A stretch of DNA of 64,000 bases from Spirochaetia bacterium (GCA_965208575.1 CBDBOV010000001.1:472783-536782), one strand, 5' to 3'; numbered from the stretch's first letter, positions 19,642-29,796 are shown. Made by a program: numbers and translations. The notes: generated from the sequence alone by a model not told the origin.

Positions 19642-19796
19642 GCAGCCCGTGCCGAAACACCGGCTGCACGGGACGCGGCGATGCATGCGGCTGGCGGCGA
19701 TGCTCCTCGCTCACACCCCAACCGACATGTTGCGTCGCGCCTTGCCAGCGTGGCACCACCGCCCATCGTGCGATGCCGAGTTCCACCACGAGCGGC
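19642..19796. repeat. MITE/REP-like element, uninterrupted copy (~155 bp)
   Basis: Colinear with 34650-34748 plus 36747-36807. Imperfect terminal inverted repeats gcagcccgtg/cacgagcggc. Confidence 0.8.
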
Positions 19797-19826
19797 CGGT
19801 GGTGCGCCGCCGGTGGCGCACCACCG

Positions 19827-20654
19827 TCAGTCCATGCGTACTCCGCCGCACACGTTGATGGCGATGCCGGTGAGGTAGCCGGCCTCACCCGAGGCCAGGA
19901 ACGCTGCCGTGTTGGCAACCTCGCCGGGGTCGGCGACCCGGCCTATCGGGTTGCGGGCTGCATAGCCCTCCAGGAACTTGCGCAATCTCGGCTCGGGGTC
20001 CAGGTCGGGGAGCGCGGTCATGGCGAGCGGCACGACCCGCTCGGTCTTCACCAAGCCGGGACAGATGGCGTTGACGGTGATGCCGGCGGGCGCGAGTTCC
20101 TGGGCGAGCGCCTGGGTGAAGCCGTTCACGGCGAACTTGGAGGCGTTGTAGGCGGAATAGCGCGCGGTGCCGGACCGGCCGGCGATCGACGAGATGTTGA
20201 TGACCCGCCCGCCGCCGCCGCGTTCCAGCATGTGGCGCGCCACCGCACGCGAAACCAGGTAGGTGCCGCGCACGTTGGTCCGCTGCACCGCGTCCCACAG
20301 GTCGACCTCCAGTTCCACCACCGGCACCCGGTCCCAACCGGCGAGCGTGCCGGCGTTGTTCACCAGTATGTCGATGCGCCCCATCTTCTCCAACGTCTCC
20401 GCCACCATGCGGTCCACCTGCTGCGGGTCGCCGACGTCCGCCGCCACGCACGCGGAGCGGCGGCCGAGCGCCTCGATGGCGGCGACCGCGGCCTCCAGTC
20501 CGCCCCACTCGGCATCGGGGTAGGGCCGCGCGCTGACGTCGTTCACCACCACGTCCGCCCCCTCCTCGGCGAGGCGCCGGGCGATGGCGTATCCGATGCC
20601 GTGTTCGCCGCCCGCGCCCGTGACCAGCGCTACCTGTCCCTGCAAGTCGTACAT
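19827..20654 (-). CDS. SDR family oxidoreductase
   Basis: TGAGGEHGIG, NNAG, YNASK. Confidence 0.92.
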   Translation of the reverse strand: MYDLQGQVALVTGAGGEHGIGYAIARRLAEEGADVVVNDVSARPYPDAEWGGLEAAVAAIEALGRRSACVAADVGDPQQVDRMVAETLEKMGRIDILVNNAGTLAGWDRVPVVELEVDLWDAVQRTNVRGTYLVSRAVARHMLERGGGGRVINISSIAGRSGTARYSAYNASKFAVNGFTQALAQELAPAGITVNAICPGLVKTERVVPLAMTALPDLDPEPRLRKFLEGYAARNPIGRVADPGEVANTAAFLASGEAGYLTGIAINVCGGVRMD

Positions 20655-20827
20655 GTGCTGTCCTCCTGTGCTCGCGGGCGCCGTCGCGCGCCGGAACCGT
20701 TCTGAGGTAGGGTTGCCTCGGCTGCCCGCCGCTACGCCACGCTACCCGCGCCGCGCGCCACGGTCAACGGTGCAAGGCGGCGCGGGGCGCGCGCCGGCGC
20801 GGCGGCCACTGCAAGGAGCGTCTCGAC

Positions 20828-22282
20828 ATGCAATCTCCGGCCGCGGCGCGGCGGCCCAACATCGTCTGGGTGATGTGCGACCAGTTGCGCTGGGATGCGC
20901 TCGGCTGTACCGGCACCGGCTACGTGCACACCCCCAACATCGACGCCCTGGCGCGCCGCGGGGTGGTGCTGCGCAACGCCTATTGCGCCTCGCCGGTGTG
21001 CTCGCCGGCGCGCGCGAGCTGGCTGAGCGGCCTCTATCCGCACGCCACCGGGCAACTGGTCAATTACGGGCCGCACCGCGCCGACCAGCCCGGCTGCCGC
21101 ATGCGCGCCGATGTCGTGACCATCGCCGACGTGCTCGCCGCCGACGGCTACCGCTGCGCCAACGCCGGCGTGTGGCACCTCGGCGACGACGAACACGCGC
21201 AGCACGGCTTCGACGCCGGCTGGGTCACCTACCGCTATCACCGCGATCCCGACGACCCGCTGGTGCGCTACTTCGCCGCTTGCGGCGTCGCCAACCCCTA
21301 CCGCCACGGCGCCCCCGAGGTGCAGCGTTACGGACCCAACACGCTGCCGTTCGGCACCATCGCCGATCCGCGCCAGCAGCGCACCACCTGGACCGTGGAC
21401 CGCGCCATCGAGCTGCTCGACGGCCTGGCCGGTGCGCCGTTCTTCCTGCTGTGCGGGGTGAAGGATCCGCACCCGGAAATGATGGTCATGCCGGAACTGC
21501 TCGCCCGCTACCCGGAAGAGGAAGTGCCGCTGCCGGCCACCCGCCACGACCCGCTGGCCGGCAAGCCGCGTTTCCAGCACGACGCGAAGTTCCGCATCCC
21601 GCCGGACACGCTCGACGACCGCTCCTGCCGGCGCATGCTCGCGCACTACTACGCCCTGGTCACCCATGTCGACGCCGAGATGGGCCGGCTGTTCGGCCAC
21701 CTGCGGCGGCTCGGCGTGGCCGACGACACCGTCGTGGTGTTCAGCAGCGACCACGGCGAGATGCTCGGCGACCACGGCTTCGTGGAGAAGTGCCTGATGT
21801 ACGAGGAGTCGGTGCGTGTGCCGTGCATCCTGGCATGGCCGGGCGGGCTGCCCGCCGGCGCCGAAGTGCGCAGCCCGGTCGGCGGCGTCGACCTGATGCC
21901 GACCCTCCTGGAACTGGCCGGGGCGTCCCTGCCGGCGCCGCTGGACGGCCGGTCGCTGGCCGCCGCGCTGCGCCGCGGCACGGAGCCGGCGCCGGCCCCG
22001 GTGCTCGCGGAGATCGCCGCCATCGCCGGCGAGCAGGCGATCGAGCACGGCAGCCTGGCGCCGGACCAGCTCGCCGCGCACGTGATGCTGCGCGAGGGCG
22101 GCTGGAAGTACGTGCGCAACCGGCACGACATCGACGAACTGTACGACCTGGATGCCGACCCGCGTGAGATGCACAACCTGGCCGCGGTCTCCGAGTACGC
22201 CGGGAGGGTGGACGAAATGCGGCGCAGGATCGCCGCCATGGTGCGCACCACCGGTCCCGGACCGTACGCCTGGTGCGCTTGA
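20828..22282 (+). CDS. Sulfatase (choline-sulfatase-like)
   Basis: PNIVWVMCDQ, CSPAR signature, SDHGEMLGDHG, ELYDLDADP. Confidence 0.93.
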   Translation: MQSPAAARRPNIVWVMCDQLRWDALGCTGTGYVHTPNIDALARRGVVLRNAYCASPVCSPARASWLSGLYPHATGQLVNYGPHRADQPGCRMRADVVTIADVLAADGYRCANAGVWHLGDDEHAQHGFDAGWVTYRYHRDPDDPLVRYFAACGVANPYRHGAPEVQRYGPNTLPFGTIADPRQQRTTWTVDRAIELLDGLAGAPFFLLCGVKDPHPEMMVMPELLARYPEEEVPLPATRHDPLAGKPRFQHDAKFRIPPDTLDDRSCRRMLAHYYALVTHVDAEMGRLFGHLRRLGVADDTVVVFSSDHGEMLGDHGFVEKCLMYEESVRVPCILAWPGGLPAGAEVRSPVGGVDLMPTLLELAGASLPAPLDGRSLAAALRRGTEPAPAPVLAEIAAIAGEQAIEHGSLAPDQLAAHVMLREGGWKYVRNRHDIDELYDLDADPREMHNLAAVSEYAGRVDEMRRRIAAMVRTTGPGPYAWCA

Positions 22283-22376
22283 AACCCAGGTCCCCGGCGC
22301 CGATCATCGTATATCACGCCACGTTGCACTGCGGCGGCCGCTGTGGCACCATTGGAGCCATGAAGTGGGAGTTCGC

Positions 22377-22784
22377 GTGTCGGTAGAAGCTCATCGCACC
22401 GTCCTGATGCGTTTCCATGAAGAGGTGTTCAACCAGCGCAACCTCGCGGTCATCGACGAGGTGCTGCATCCCCGCTACGCACACTACGACGCCGGCAGCA
22501 AGAGCGCCGACGAGCACAAGAGGATCCTGGCCGACCAGCTCGCCGGGCAGAGCGACTTCCGGGTCGAGGTCGTGCAGACCATCGTCGAGGGCAACAGCGC
22601 CGCGGTCGAAGTGTCGCATTACCAGGGCGACCGGAAGTATCGCACCGGCGTGGCGCTGTTCACGTTCGAAGATGGCCTGATCATAAGTGACCGATTCTGG
22701 TATCGCCTTGTCTCGGAGAGCGAATCGGTGGATGCGGACCTTGTCCCGGAGCCCGGAACGGGGGCGCCGGAGACGTCCGGGTAG
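22377..22784 (+). CDS. SnoaL-like/NTF2-fold protein
   Basis: RFHEEVFNQRNLAVIDEVLHP...IVEGN...FTFEDGLI. GTG start with GGGAG. Confidence 0.75.
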   Translation: MSVEAHRTVLMRFHEEVFNQRNLAVIDEVLHPRYAHYDAGSKSADEHKRILADQLAGQSDFRVEVVQTIVEGNSAAVEVSHYQGDRKYRTGVALFTFEDGLIISDRFWYRLVSESESVDADLVPEPGTGAPETSG

Positions 22785-22880
22785 GGCGCCGAGCGCCCCC
22801 ACGCACCGCACAGATGGCCGGCAGGAACAGCGAGGCGCAACGCTGGGCGGAGGCGAAGCGCAATTATTGGGAGCGCGGCG

Positions 22881-23063
22881 GTGGGCATCGGCGGCGTCGT
22901 GCTGCACCACAGCCACACGCTGCACACCTCGCACGTCAACCGTTCGCAGCGCTGGCGGCGCGGATACGCCACCCATTGGGCAGCCTCCGACGTCACCTCG
23001 GAGAGCGGCTTCGTCGAAGGCGCATACTTCAACCGCCCGGGCTACCCTAATTCCGATACCTGA
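22881..23063 (+). pseudogene. C-terminal fragment of a PhyH-family dioxygenase
   Basis: GGVVLHHSHTLHTSHVNRSQRWRRGYATHW matches the distal-His/Arg region. No N-terminal part is present. Confidence 0.6.
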
Positions 23064-23231
23064 CGGTCCACCAGACGGCCCCAACCTGGTCTATCAGGCC
23101 CTGCTGGACCGAGCCGGACCCTACAACCGGGCGGCAACGCCGCGGGGGCATCGGAACGCTTTGCGCTGTCCGGGCCATGGGCTCCCCGGCCTGTCCGGGA
23201 GTCGCGCCCGGGCCCGAGCCAGGGCGTCGGG

Positions 23232-24089
23232 TCAGTCGGACTCCGGTGCGGGCGGACCTTCGCGAGTCGGCAACCGCCGGGCCACGAAGCCCAGTTCCCG
23301 CTCGATGCGGCGCACGTCGTAGGCGCTGTCCCACTCGTGGCCGGCCTGCTCGTACCAACTCAGGTCGACCGCGTCGCCCCACCAGCTCCGCAGCACCTCC
23401 GCCGTCGGGGCGGCCACCCAGGCGCGCGGCCCGGTGGTGTTGAGGATGCGCAGCCCCGGCTTCAGCGGCGACTCCACCGCCGCGGTGAAGGCGGCCACGG
23501 CGTCCTTCAGGGTCATCATGGTGATGCTGCCCAGCGCCCACTGGCCCAGCGGACCGGGCGAGACCAGCGGGCGCGGCGCGTCGTCCGGGCACACCGACGA
23601 CAGCCGCAGATTGATGATGTCCAGATCCGGATCCTGGCGCTGCACGTAGCGGGTCAGCTCCTCCATCAGGTACTTGGAGACACCGTAGCCGTCGCGGTCC
23701 AGGCACGGGTGCTCGTCGGGAATCGGCACCTGCAGCGGGCGGAACGCCGTGGTCTGAAAGCCCACCGCGGCGATCGAGCTGGCGGTAACGATCTTGCGGC
23801 AGCCGCGGTGGCGCAGGTAGTGCAGCAGGGTACGGGTGCCGACGGCGTTCACCATGATGGCGGTGTGCTCCGGCGCCCCGCCGGTCACCGCCCCCAGGTG
23901 CACGGCGCCGTCGAAGCGATGCCCATCGAGCCCAAGCAGGTCCTCGTACTGCTGGAAGTCGCCGCGCACCACCGGCACCTCCAGGTCCGGGCGCCCGCGC
24001 GCCAGCGCCACCACCTCGTGCCGGCGCGCCAGCTCGCCCACCAGCGCACGCCCAATGAACCCGCTCGCCCCCGTCACGAGGATCTTCAT
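23232..24089 (-). CDS. NAD-dependent epimerase/dehydratase
   Basis: GASGFIG and YGVSK. Confidence 0.9.
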   Translation of the reverse strand: MKILVTGASGFIGRALVGELARRHEVVALARGRPDLEVPVVRGDFQQYEDLLGLDGHRFDGAVHLGAVTGGAPEHTAIMVNAVGTRTLLHYLRHRGCRKIVTASSIAAVGFQTTAFRPLQVPIPDEHPCLDRDGYGVSKYLMEELTRYVQRQDPDLDIINLRLSSVCPDDAPRPLVSPGPLGQWALGSITMMTLKDAVAAFTAAVESPLKPGLRILNTTGPRAWVAAPTAEVLRSWWGDAVDLSWYEQAGHEWDSAYDVRRIERELGFVARRLPTREGPPAPESD

Positions 24090-24096
24090 GATTCGA

Positions 24097-24408
24097 TTAC
24101 TCCTTCCCGCGTTCGTAGATCGGGATACCCCACCGGTCGATGTGGGTCTTCAACGGCGCATGGTGGATCCGCTCGTACGCCTGGACGCCGCACGCCTGGG
24201 GGATGGCTACTTCGTCCAGGTCGAGGGAGAGGCGCCCGAGCCGGTGCCGATCCAGAATCCCGCGGGTAGCCAGGTCGATGTCCGACCGCTCGGTCGCTTT
24301 GCCGATTGCCCGCGACCCGAACAGGATCACCTGCTGCAGGTCGGGGTAGCGTCTGAACACGGCAACCAGCTCACGCAGCGCGGCGCTGGGCAGTTCGACC
24401 TGTCTCAC
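24097..24408 (-). CDS. Minimal nucleotidyltransferase (MNT) antitoxin-like protein
   Basis: LFGSRAIG...SDIDL motif, 103 aa. Confidence 0.88.
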   Translation of the reverse strand: MRQVELPSAALRELVAVFRRYPDLQQVILFGSRAIGKATERSDIDLATRGILDRHRLGRLSLDLDEVAIPQACGVQAYERIHHAPLKTHIDRWGIPIYERGKE

Positions 24409-24839
24409 GGCTCCTCCGTCTCCTGTTCAGCCATCTCGTGGCTCAGGCGAACATGCAGCTCGTTCAGCCGCTCGAGATATCGCTCTTCGATCTCCGTGAT
24501 GATCGTTTCGAACGTTGCGCTGTCGTAGGTGTGGGACATGCGGTTGCGATCGCCGAGCATGTCGATCCATTGCTCGCCCTCGGAGATCAGCTTCGCCTGG
24601 AACGCGCGGCGGATCACGGAGCGCGGGGTGACCGGGCTCAGCACGATGCCGTCGTGCTCCAGGCGGTCCTTGAGCGTGTTCCAGGCCAATTCGAAGGTGT
24701 ACTCGAAGCGCTGGATCACGCCCTCCTGCTCCAACTCGTTCAGTGCCTCAGCGCCCTCTTTCAAGGCATCCTGCAACCGGCCAAGTGCCCGGGAGAAGTT
24801 CTGGAACCGGTAGTGCCAGCGAATCTCCTCCTCGGGCAC
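24405..24839 (-). CDS. HEPN nucleotidyltransferase substrate-binding protein (HI0074 family)
   Basis: EGVIQRFEYTFELAW and RNRMSH (RX4H). 4-bp overlap with the MNT gene. Confidence 0.9.
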   Translation of the reverse strand: MPEEEIRWHYRFQNFSRALGRLQDALKEGAEALNELEQEGVIQRFEYTFELAWNTLKDRLEHDGIVLSPVTPRSVIRRAFQAKLISEGEQWIDMLGDRNRMSHTYDSATFETIITEIEERYLERLNELHVRLSHEMAEQETEEP

Positions 24840-24871
24840 GTCGACTCGGCCTGCGTGCTCCTGGCCGCCGG

Positions 24872-26530
24872 CTACTTGTAGTCGCGGTCGTAGGTGCTTT
24901 GCACCAGCTCCAGGTAGCGGTCGATGCCGATCTTGTCCAGCTCCGCCAGGTAGGCGTCCCAGTCGCCGTCCGGGTCCATCTTGCCGGTCACGAACAGGGC
25001 GATGTTCTCGCCCACGAACTCGTTGATGGTAGTGCGCAACTCGTTGAACTCCTGCTGGTCGGTCAGCGACACGAACAACGGCGGCAGCACCATCTCCTCC
25101 GGCGCGCCGTACGGCTCCTGGCCGCTCTTGGTGGCGTCGTAGAGGCGCTTCTCAATGTACCAGATGTCGTCGGGATCGGTGGTGCGGCTCTGGATGATCG
25201 CCCAGCTCGCGTGCCGCGGCGACATGTGGCTCCACGCCTGGTTCTGGCCCGGCACGCCGCGCACCATGGTCAACTCCTCGAACAGCGCCGGCTCGTCGTC
25301 CACGCCGACCTCGCCCGGCTCCGAGTACTTCCAGTCCACGCCCTGCTCGCCGAAGTACAGCGTGAGCGTGGCCTCCTCGGCGTACATGTAGTCCGCCCAG
25401 CGGAACGCCACCTCCGGGTGCTCGGCCTCGCGGGTAATCACGAAGCGCCCGTTGCGGAAGCCGTGTGCGGGCGGAAAGAACGGCGTGCGGCGCAGGCCGC
25501 CCGGCCCCGCCACCGGCGGCAGCAGGTAGAAATTCTTGGTCGCCTCGCCTTCGTTGAGCGAGAACGCCGCCGGCACGCCGGCCGCGATCGTCCCGTACAG
25601 GATCGTCTCGCCCTCCACGCCCTGCTTCATCTGGTTCTGATCCTGGGTGAAGCCCTCCTGGTCGATCAGCCCCTCCGCGTACAGCCGGTTCATCCAGCGC
25701 AGCCCGTCGCGCCAGCCGTCGGTGGTGAACGCCGCCACCACGGTGCCGCCGGCCAGGTAGAGGCGGTCGCGCGCGTCGTTGTACTCGAACGGGTTCATCA
25801 GGTAGCCGTCGAGCGTGGTGTTCCAGCCGGTGGTGGCGCCGGTGAACGGCACCTCGTCCGCCTTGCCGTTGCCGTTGGGATCCTGCGTCTTGAACGCCGT
25901 CAGCACCGCGTACAACTCGTCGGTGGTCTGCGGCACCGCCAGGCCGAGCTTGTCGAGCCAGGTCTTGTTGTACCAGACGCGCTGGCTGTAGTAGCAGTGG
26001 TAGCACAGGTCGTAGTTGCCCAGGCTGTAGATGTTGCCGTCCGGCGAGGTGCCGATCTTCTCGATCAGCGGGTTCTCCTCGAAGAACCGCTTCACCTCGG
26101 TGCTGTACTGGTCGATGAAGTCGTTCAGCGGCAGGAACAGCCCCTGGCCGCCGTACAGCGCCGCCTGCTCGGGGGTAACGGCGCCGTTGCCCAGGAACAC
26201 GTCCGGCAGGTCGGTGGCGCTGGTCAGCATCAGGTTGATCTTCTGGCGCGCATCCTTGCGCGGCAGCACGTTCCACTCCACGTGTACGCCGGTCTGCTGC
26301 TCCAGCCACTCGGTTGCGTAGTTGGTGGTGAGATCCTCCACCGTGACATGCGGAATCGCCGCCACGCGCAGGGTCACCGGCTCCTCGACGATCGGCAGCA
26401 CGCCGGGCGCCGACATCATTACGCCGGAAGCGCCCGCCTCCGTCTCGCCCGCCGCGAACGCGGCCCCCGCCACGCCCAGGCTCAACAGGGCGACAATCGC
26501 CCCAACCGCAATGGTCCTCGAAATGAACAT
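24872..26530 (-). CDS. Carbohydrate ABC substrate-binding protein (LplA-like)
   Basis: Signal peptide, WLDKLGLAVPQTTDELYAVLTAFKTQDPNGNGKADE, GGAGG RBS. Confidence 0.9.
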   Translation of the reverse strand: MFISRTIAVGAIVALLSLGVAGAAFAAGETEAGASGVMMSAPGVLPIVEEPVTLRVAAIPHVTVEDLTTNYATEWLEQQTGVHVEWNVLPRKDARQKINLMLTSATDLPDVFLGNGAVTPEQAALYGGQGLFLPLNDFIDQYSTEVKRFFEENPLIEKIGTSPDGNIYSLGNYDLCYHCYYSQRVWYNKTWLDKLGLAVPQTTDELYAVLTAFKTQDPNGNGKADEVPFTGATTGWNTTLDGYLMNPFEYNDARDRLYLAGGTVVAAFTTDGWRDGLRWMNRLYAEGLIDQEGFTQDQNQMKQGVEGETILYGTIAAGVPAAFSLNEGEATKNFYLLPPVAGPGGLRRTPFFPPAHGFRNGRFVITREAEHPEVAFRWADYMYAEEATLTLYFGEQGVDWKYSEPGEVGVDDEPALFEELTMVRGVPGQNQAWSHMSPRHASWAIIQSRTTDPDDIWYIEKRLYDATKSGQEPYGAPEEMVLPPLFVSLTDQQEFNELRTTINEFVGENIALFVTGKMDPDGDWDAYLAELDKIGIDRYLELVQSTYDRDYK

Positions 26531-26640
26531 TTCTGGTCTCTCCTCCGTTGGTTCTGACGGTCGATCATAGTGCCGGCGCTCACCATGCGGCAAGTCCGCG
26601 CATCTGCGCCAGCGAGGGACCGCGCCAGCAATTGGGTCGC

Positions 26641-28062
26641 TCATGGGGCGCGGCGGTTGCGCAGCCGTTTGCTCAACGCCTGGTGGCTGACGCCCAGGAG
26701 GGCGGCCGCGCGTGACTGGTTGCCGCCGGTACGCCGCAGCGCTTCGGCCACCAGCAGGCTGCCGATCTCCTTGAGCTGCGGCAGCCTGCCCCCGAACCTC
26801 AGGTCAGGCCCGCCCGCCGGCGGTTCGGCAGGCGGCGGTGCCGTCGCCGTCGCGCCGGGCAGCGCGGCGAGGTCGCCCGCGGTGAGCACGTTGCCCTGCA
26901 CCCGGTACACGGCGTCGATGATCAGGGAGCGCAACTCGCGCACGTTACCCGCGAACGGGTGCCGGGCGAGCCGCGCCACCACGTCGTCGCCCACCTCCAC
27001 CGCGCCCCGGCCGCGACTGCGCGTGCCTTCCTCCACGAAGCAGGCGACCAGCAGCGGCAGATCGTCCTGCCGCTCGCGCAGCGGGGGCACGTGCACGCTG
27101 TGGGTGTTGAGCCGGTAGAAGAGGTCGCGGCGAAACGTGCCCGCCGCGACTTCGCGGGCCAGATCCTGGTGCGTGGCGGCCACCACGCGCGCGGCGGCGC
27201 GGCGCGGCACGTCGGAGCCGAGGGGGTAGTACTCGCGCTCCTGCAGGAGCCGCAGCAGCTTCACCTGCGACGCGGTGCTCAGGTCGCCGATTTCGTCCAG
27301 GAGCAGCGTGCCGCCCGCGGCGCGTTCGATCATGCCGCGTCGTTCGGAGGACGCCCCGGTGAACGCTCCCTTGCGATGCCCGAACAACGCATCCGAGAAC
27401 AACGTGTCGTCCAACCCCGCCAGGTTGACCGCAACCAACTCCCCGCCCAGGCCGCTCAGCCGGTGCAGCGCCTGCGCGAACAGCTCCTTGCCGACGCCGC
27501 TCTCGCCGGTGATCAGGACCGGCTCCGGGCTTGGCGCGATCGCCTCCAGGTAGGAGAACAGCGCGAGCATCGTTGCGTTGTTGGTGGCGATGCGCGCGAA
27601 CGCCTCCGGGTGCTGCAGCCCGCGCTGGATCAAGCGCTCCTTGAGCCGCGAGATATCGGCGCGGAGACTGGCCTGCTCCAAGGCCCGCCGTATCGCCTGT
27701 CCGAAGGCATCCTGCTCCAGCGGCTTCAGCACGAAGTCGTAGGCGCCGAGCTTCATGCACTGCACCGCCACCGCAACGTCGTTGGTCCCCGTCGCCACGA
27801 CGACCGGGATGTCGGGCCGCGCCAACCTGACGCGCTCCAGGATCTCCTGCCCCGAAACGTCGGGCATCGCAAGATCCAGCAGGATCAACCGCGGGTCGTG
27901 CTCATCCAGGAGCCGCATCACCCGGGTGCTGTCGGCGCACAGCACGACGTTGCGCAAGCCAAGCGTGAACAGCAGCAGCTCGGTGCTCTCCAGCACGTCC
28001 ACCTCGTCGTCCACCACCAGGATCGGCCGTTCGCCGGCAGCAGCGTAGCTCGGGCGCGCCAT
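26641..28062 (-). CDS. sigma54-dependent response regulator (NtrC family)
   Basis: Receiver VVDDE/LLDLAMP, GESGVGKE, GAFTGA, C-terminal Fis-type HTH. Confidence 0.95.
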   Translation of the reverse strand: MARPSYAAAGERPILVVDDEVDVLESTELLLFTLGLRNVVLCADSTRVMRLLDEHDPRLILLDLAMPDVSGQEILERVRLARPDIPVVVATGTNDVAVAVQCMKLGAYDFVLKPLEQDAFGQAIRRALEQASLRADISRLKERLIQRGLQHPEAFARIATNNATMLALFSYLEAIAPSPEPVLITGESGVGKELFAQALHRLSGLGGELVAVNLAGLDDTLFSDALFGHRKGAFTGASSERRGMIERAAGGTLLLDEIGDLSTASQVKLLRLLQEREYYPLGSDVPRRAAARVVAATHQDLAREVAAGTFRRDLFYRLNTHSVHVPPLRERQDDLPLLVACFVEEGTRSRGRGAVEVGDDVVARLARHPFAGNVRELRSLIIDAVYRVQGNVLTAGDLAALPGATATAPPPAEPPAGGPDLRFGGRLPQLKEIGSLLVAEALRRTGGNQSRAAALLGVSHQALSKRLRNRRAP

Positions 28063-29600
28063 CAGGTTTCCCGTGCGCCGGTTCGCGGCAGTCTGGCGGT
28101 GGCCGTGGTGCCGGCCCCGCGCTGCGAGGAGAAGGTGAGGCTGCCGGAGTGCTCGCCCATGATGTGGCGCGACACGTACAGTCCCATGCCGGTGCCGCCG
28201 CGATCCGGACGGGTGGAGAAGAACACCTCGCCGGCACGGGCCAACGTGTCCGGCTCCATCCCCACGCCATCATCGGCCACTGCCAGCTCGACACCATCGC
28301 CGGTCGCGCGCGTGCTGACCGTGATGCCCGCGCCGCTGCCGGCGTGGCCGGCGTCGCGCGCCTCCCGGATCGCCTCGACCGCGTTCGACAGCAGGTTCAC
28401 CAGCACCTGTTCGAGTCGTTGCGCGTTGCCCGCCACCGGCGGCAGCGAGGCGGCCAGCCTGGTCCGCAACGGGATGTTACGCCGCCTGATCTGGTGTCCG
28501 AACACGACCAGCGCGGCGTCGACCACGCCGTTCAGGTCCACCGTGTCGCGGTACTGTGCGCGCGTGCTCCGGTAAAATCTCCTGAACTCGGTGACGATGC
28601 CGGCGATACGCTCGGCGCTGTGCGCGATGCCGGCGATGGCGCGACGCATGCGATCGCGCACCACCGCGTGGGGCAAGTCGCCGATGAATCCATCGCCGCC
28701 GTCCTCCTGAGCGCCGTCCAGGAGCGGCACGGCGTGTTCGTAGTAGGTGCGCAGGAACGCGGCGTTCGCGGCGATGGCGCTGTTCGGGTTGGCGATTTCG
28801 TGGCTGAGGCTCGCCGCCATGGTGCCGATCGATACCAGCTTGTCCGCCTCCACCAGCTTCTGCATCTGCCGCTCCCGGTGTTGGCGCATCCGATCCAGCC
28901 GGATGGAAGTGGCAAGTGAGAGACAGGAGATCTGGCCCAGTACTCCCCAGTACATCGCGTAGCGCGTGGCCAGGTTGTCGGCAAGCACCTGGTCTTCGCG
29001 CAGCAGCTGCACCCAGGCGCCGGCCGCCACCAGGACCCACCCCACCAGGTACAGCCAGGCGAAGGGCGCCCTGCGCACGGCGCAGATGATCCCGACCGCC
29101 AGGAGGATCGGCAGGTGGACGATTCCGATGAGCGGCAGCAGGAACTGGACCGGATACGTGGACTGCACGGCGCCGAGGATGGCGACCCACAGCAGCAGGT
29201 TGACCGCGTCGAACACGATCACGCCGACGAGGACGCGATCCGCGACCGGAAGGTCCTGCCTGGTCGCAAAAACGAGGCGCGAGAACTGGGTCAGCCACAA
29301 CAACAGCAAGAGCGAGAAGACGAGCGACATGAGGTTGTTGACCAGGGGCAGGCGGCCGCCGAGCACGTGGCGGTAGAACAGGCCCTCGGCGACCGCGAGC
29401 ACGCCGATGAACGACACGAGCACGAGTGCGTAGACGAGATAGCTCGGTTCGCGTAGCGAGAGGGCGAGCAGCAGGTGGTAGAGGGCGAGGATCGCCAGCA
29501 CGCCGAAGAAGACGCCGAGGATGAACGGATCGCGCGGCTCGCGCCAGACCTGGACGGTCTCACCGGGAGCCTGCACCAACAACTGCCAGATCGTTGCCAT
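28062..29600 (-). CDS. Sensor histidine kinase with 7TM-DISM membrane domain
   Basis: Seven TM helices, SHEIANP H-box, NLLSNA, DDGVG, GTGMGL. Confidence 0.9.
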   Translation of the reverse strand: MATIWQLLVQAPGETVQVWREPRDPFILGVFFGVLAILALYHLLLALSLREPSYLVYALVLVSFIGVLAVAEGLFYRHVLGGRLPLVNNLMSLVFSLLLLLWLTQFSRLVFATRQDLPVADRVLVGVIVFDAVNLLLWVAILGAVQSTYPVQFLLPLIGIVHLPILLAVGIICAVRRAPFAWLYLVGWVLVAAGAWVQLLREDQVLADNLATRYAMYWGVLGQISCLSLATSIRLDRMRQHRERQMQKLVEADKLVSIGTMAASLSHEIANPNSAIAANAAFLRTYYEHAVPLLDGAQEDGGDGFIGDLPHAVVRDRMRRAIAGIAHSAERIAGIVTEFRRFYRSTRAQYRDTVDLNGVVDAALVVFGHQIRRRNIPLRTRLAASLPPVAGNAQRLEQVLVNLLSNAVEAIREARDAGHAGSGAGITVSTRATGDGVELAVADDGVGMEPDTLARAGEVFFSTRPDRGGTGMGLYVSRHIMGEHSGSLTFSSQRGAGTTATARLPRTGARET

Positions 29601-29658
29601 CAGTGGCGTGCTTCCATGGGGCCGGCTGATCTTAGCACGACCCCCTCCGCCCTGGCCC

Positions 29659-29702
29659 GCAACTTCGGTTGCACAGCGTGCCGCCGGTGCAACCGCGGTT
29701 GC
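29659..29702. promoter_or_regulatory. Tandem enhancer-like palindromes GCAAC-N4-GTTGC
   Basis: 29659-29672 and 29689-29702, 30 bp apart, 80-120 bp upstream of the -24 box. Confidence 0.65.
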
Positions 29703-29781
29703 CGTCGCGCGAGCGCCGCCAGAGCCTCGGAGACACTCACAAGTCTCTTTCCCGAAACCAGTTACGAATTACAACAGCGCC

Positions 29782-29796
29782 TGGCACGGTTCTTGA
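29782..29796 (+). promoter_or_regulatory. sigma54 -24/-12 promoter
   Basis: TGGCAC-GGTTC-TTGA versus consensus TGGCAC-N5-TTGC. Confidence 0.7.

Noticed and set aside
16450-24840. Integron cassette array explaining the inserted single genes
   Set aside because: No attC-like RYYYAAC...GTTRRRY structures or integrase recognised.
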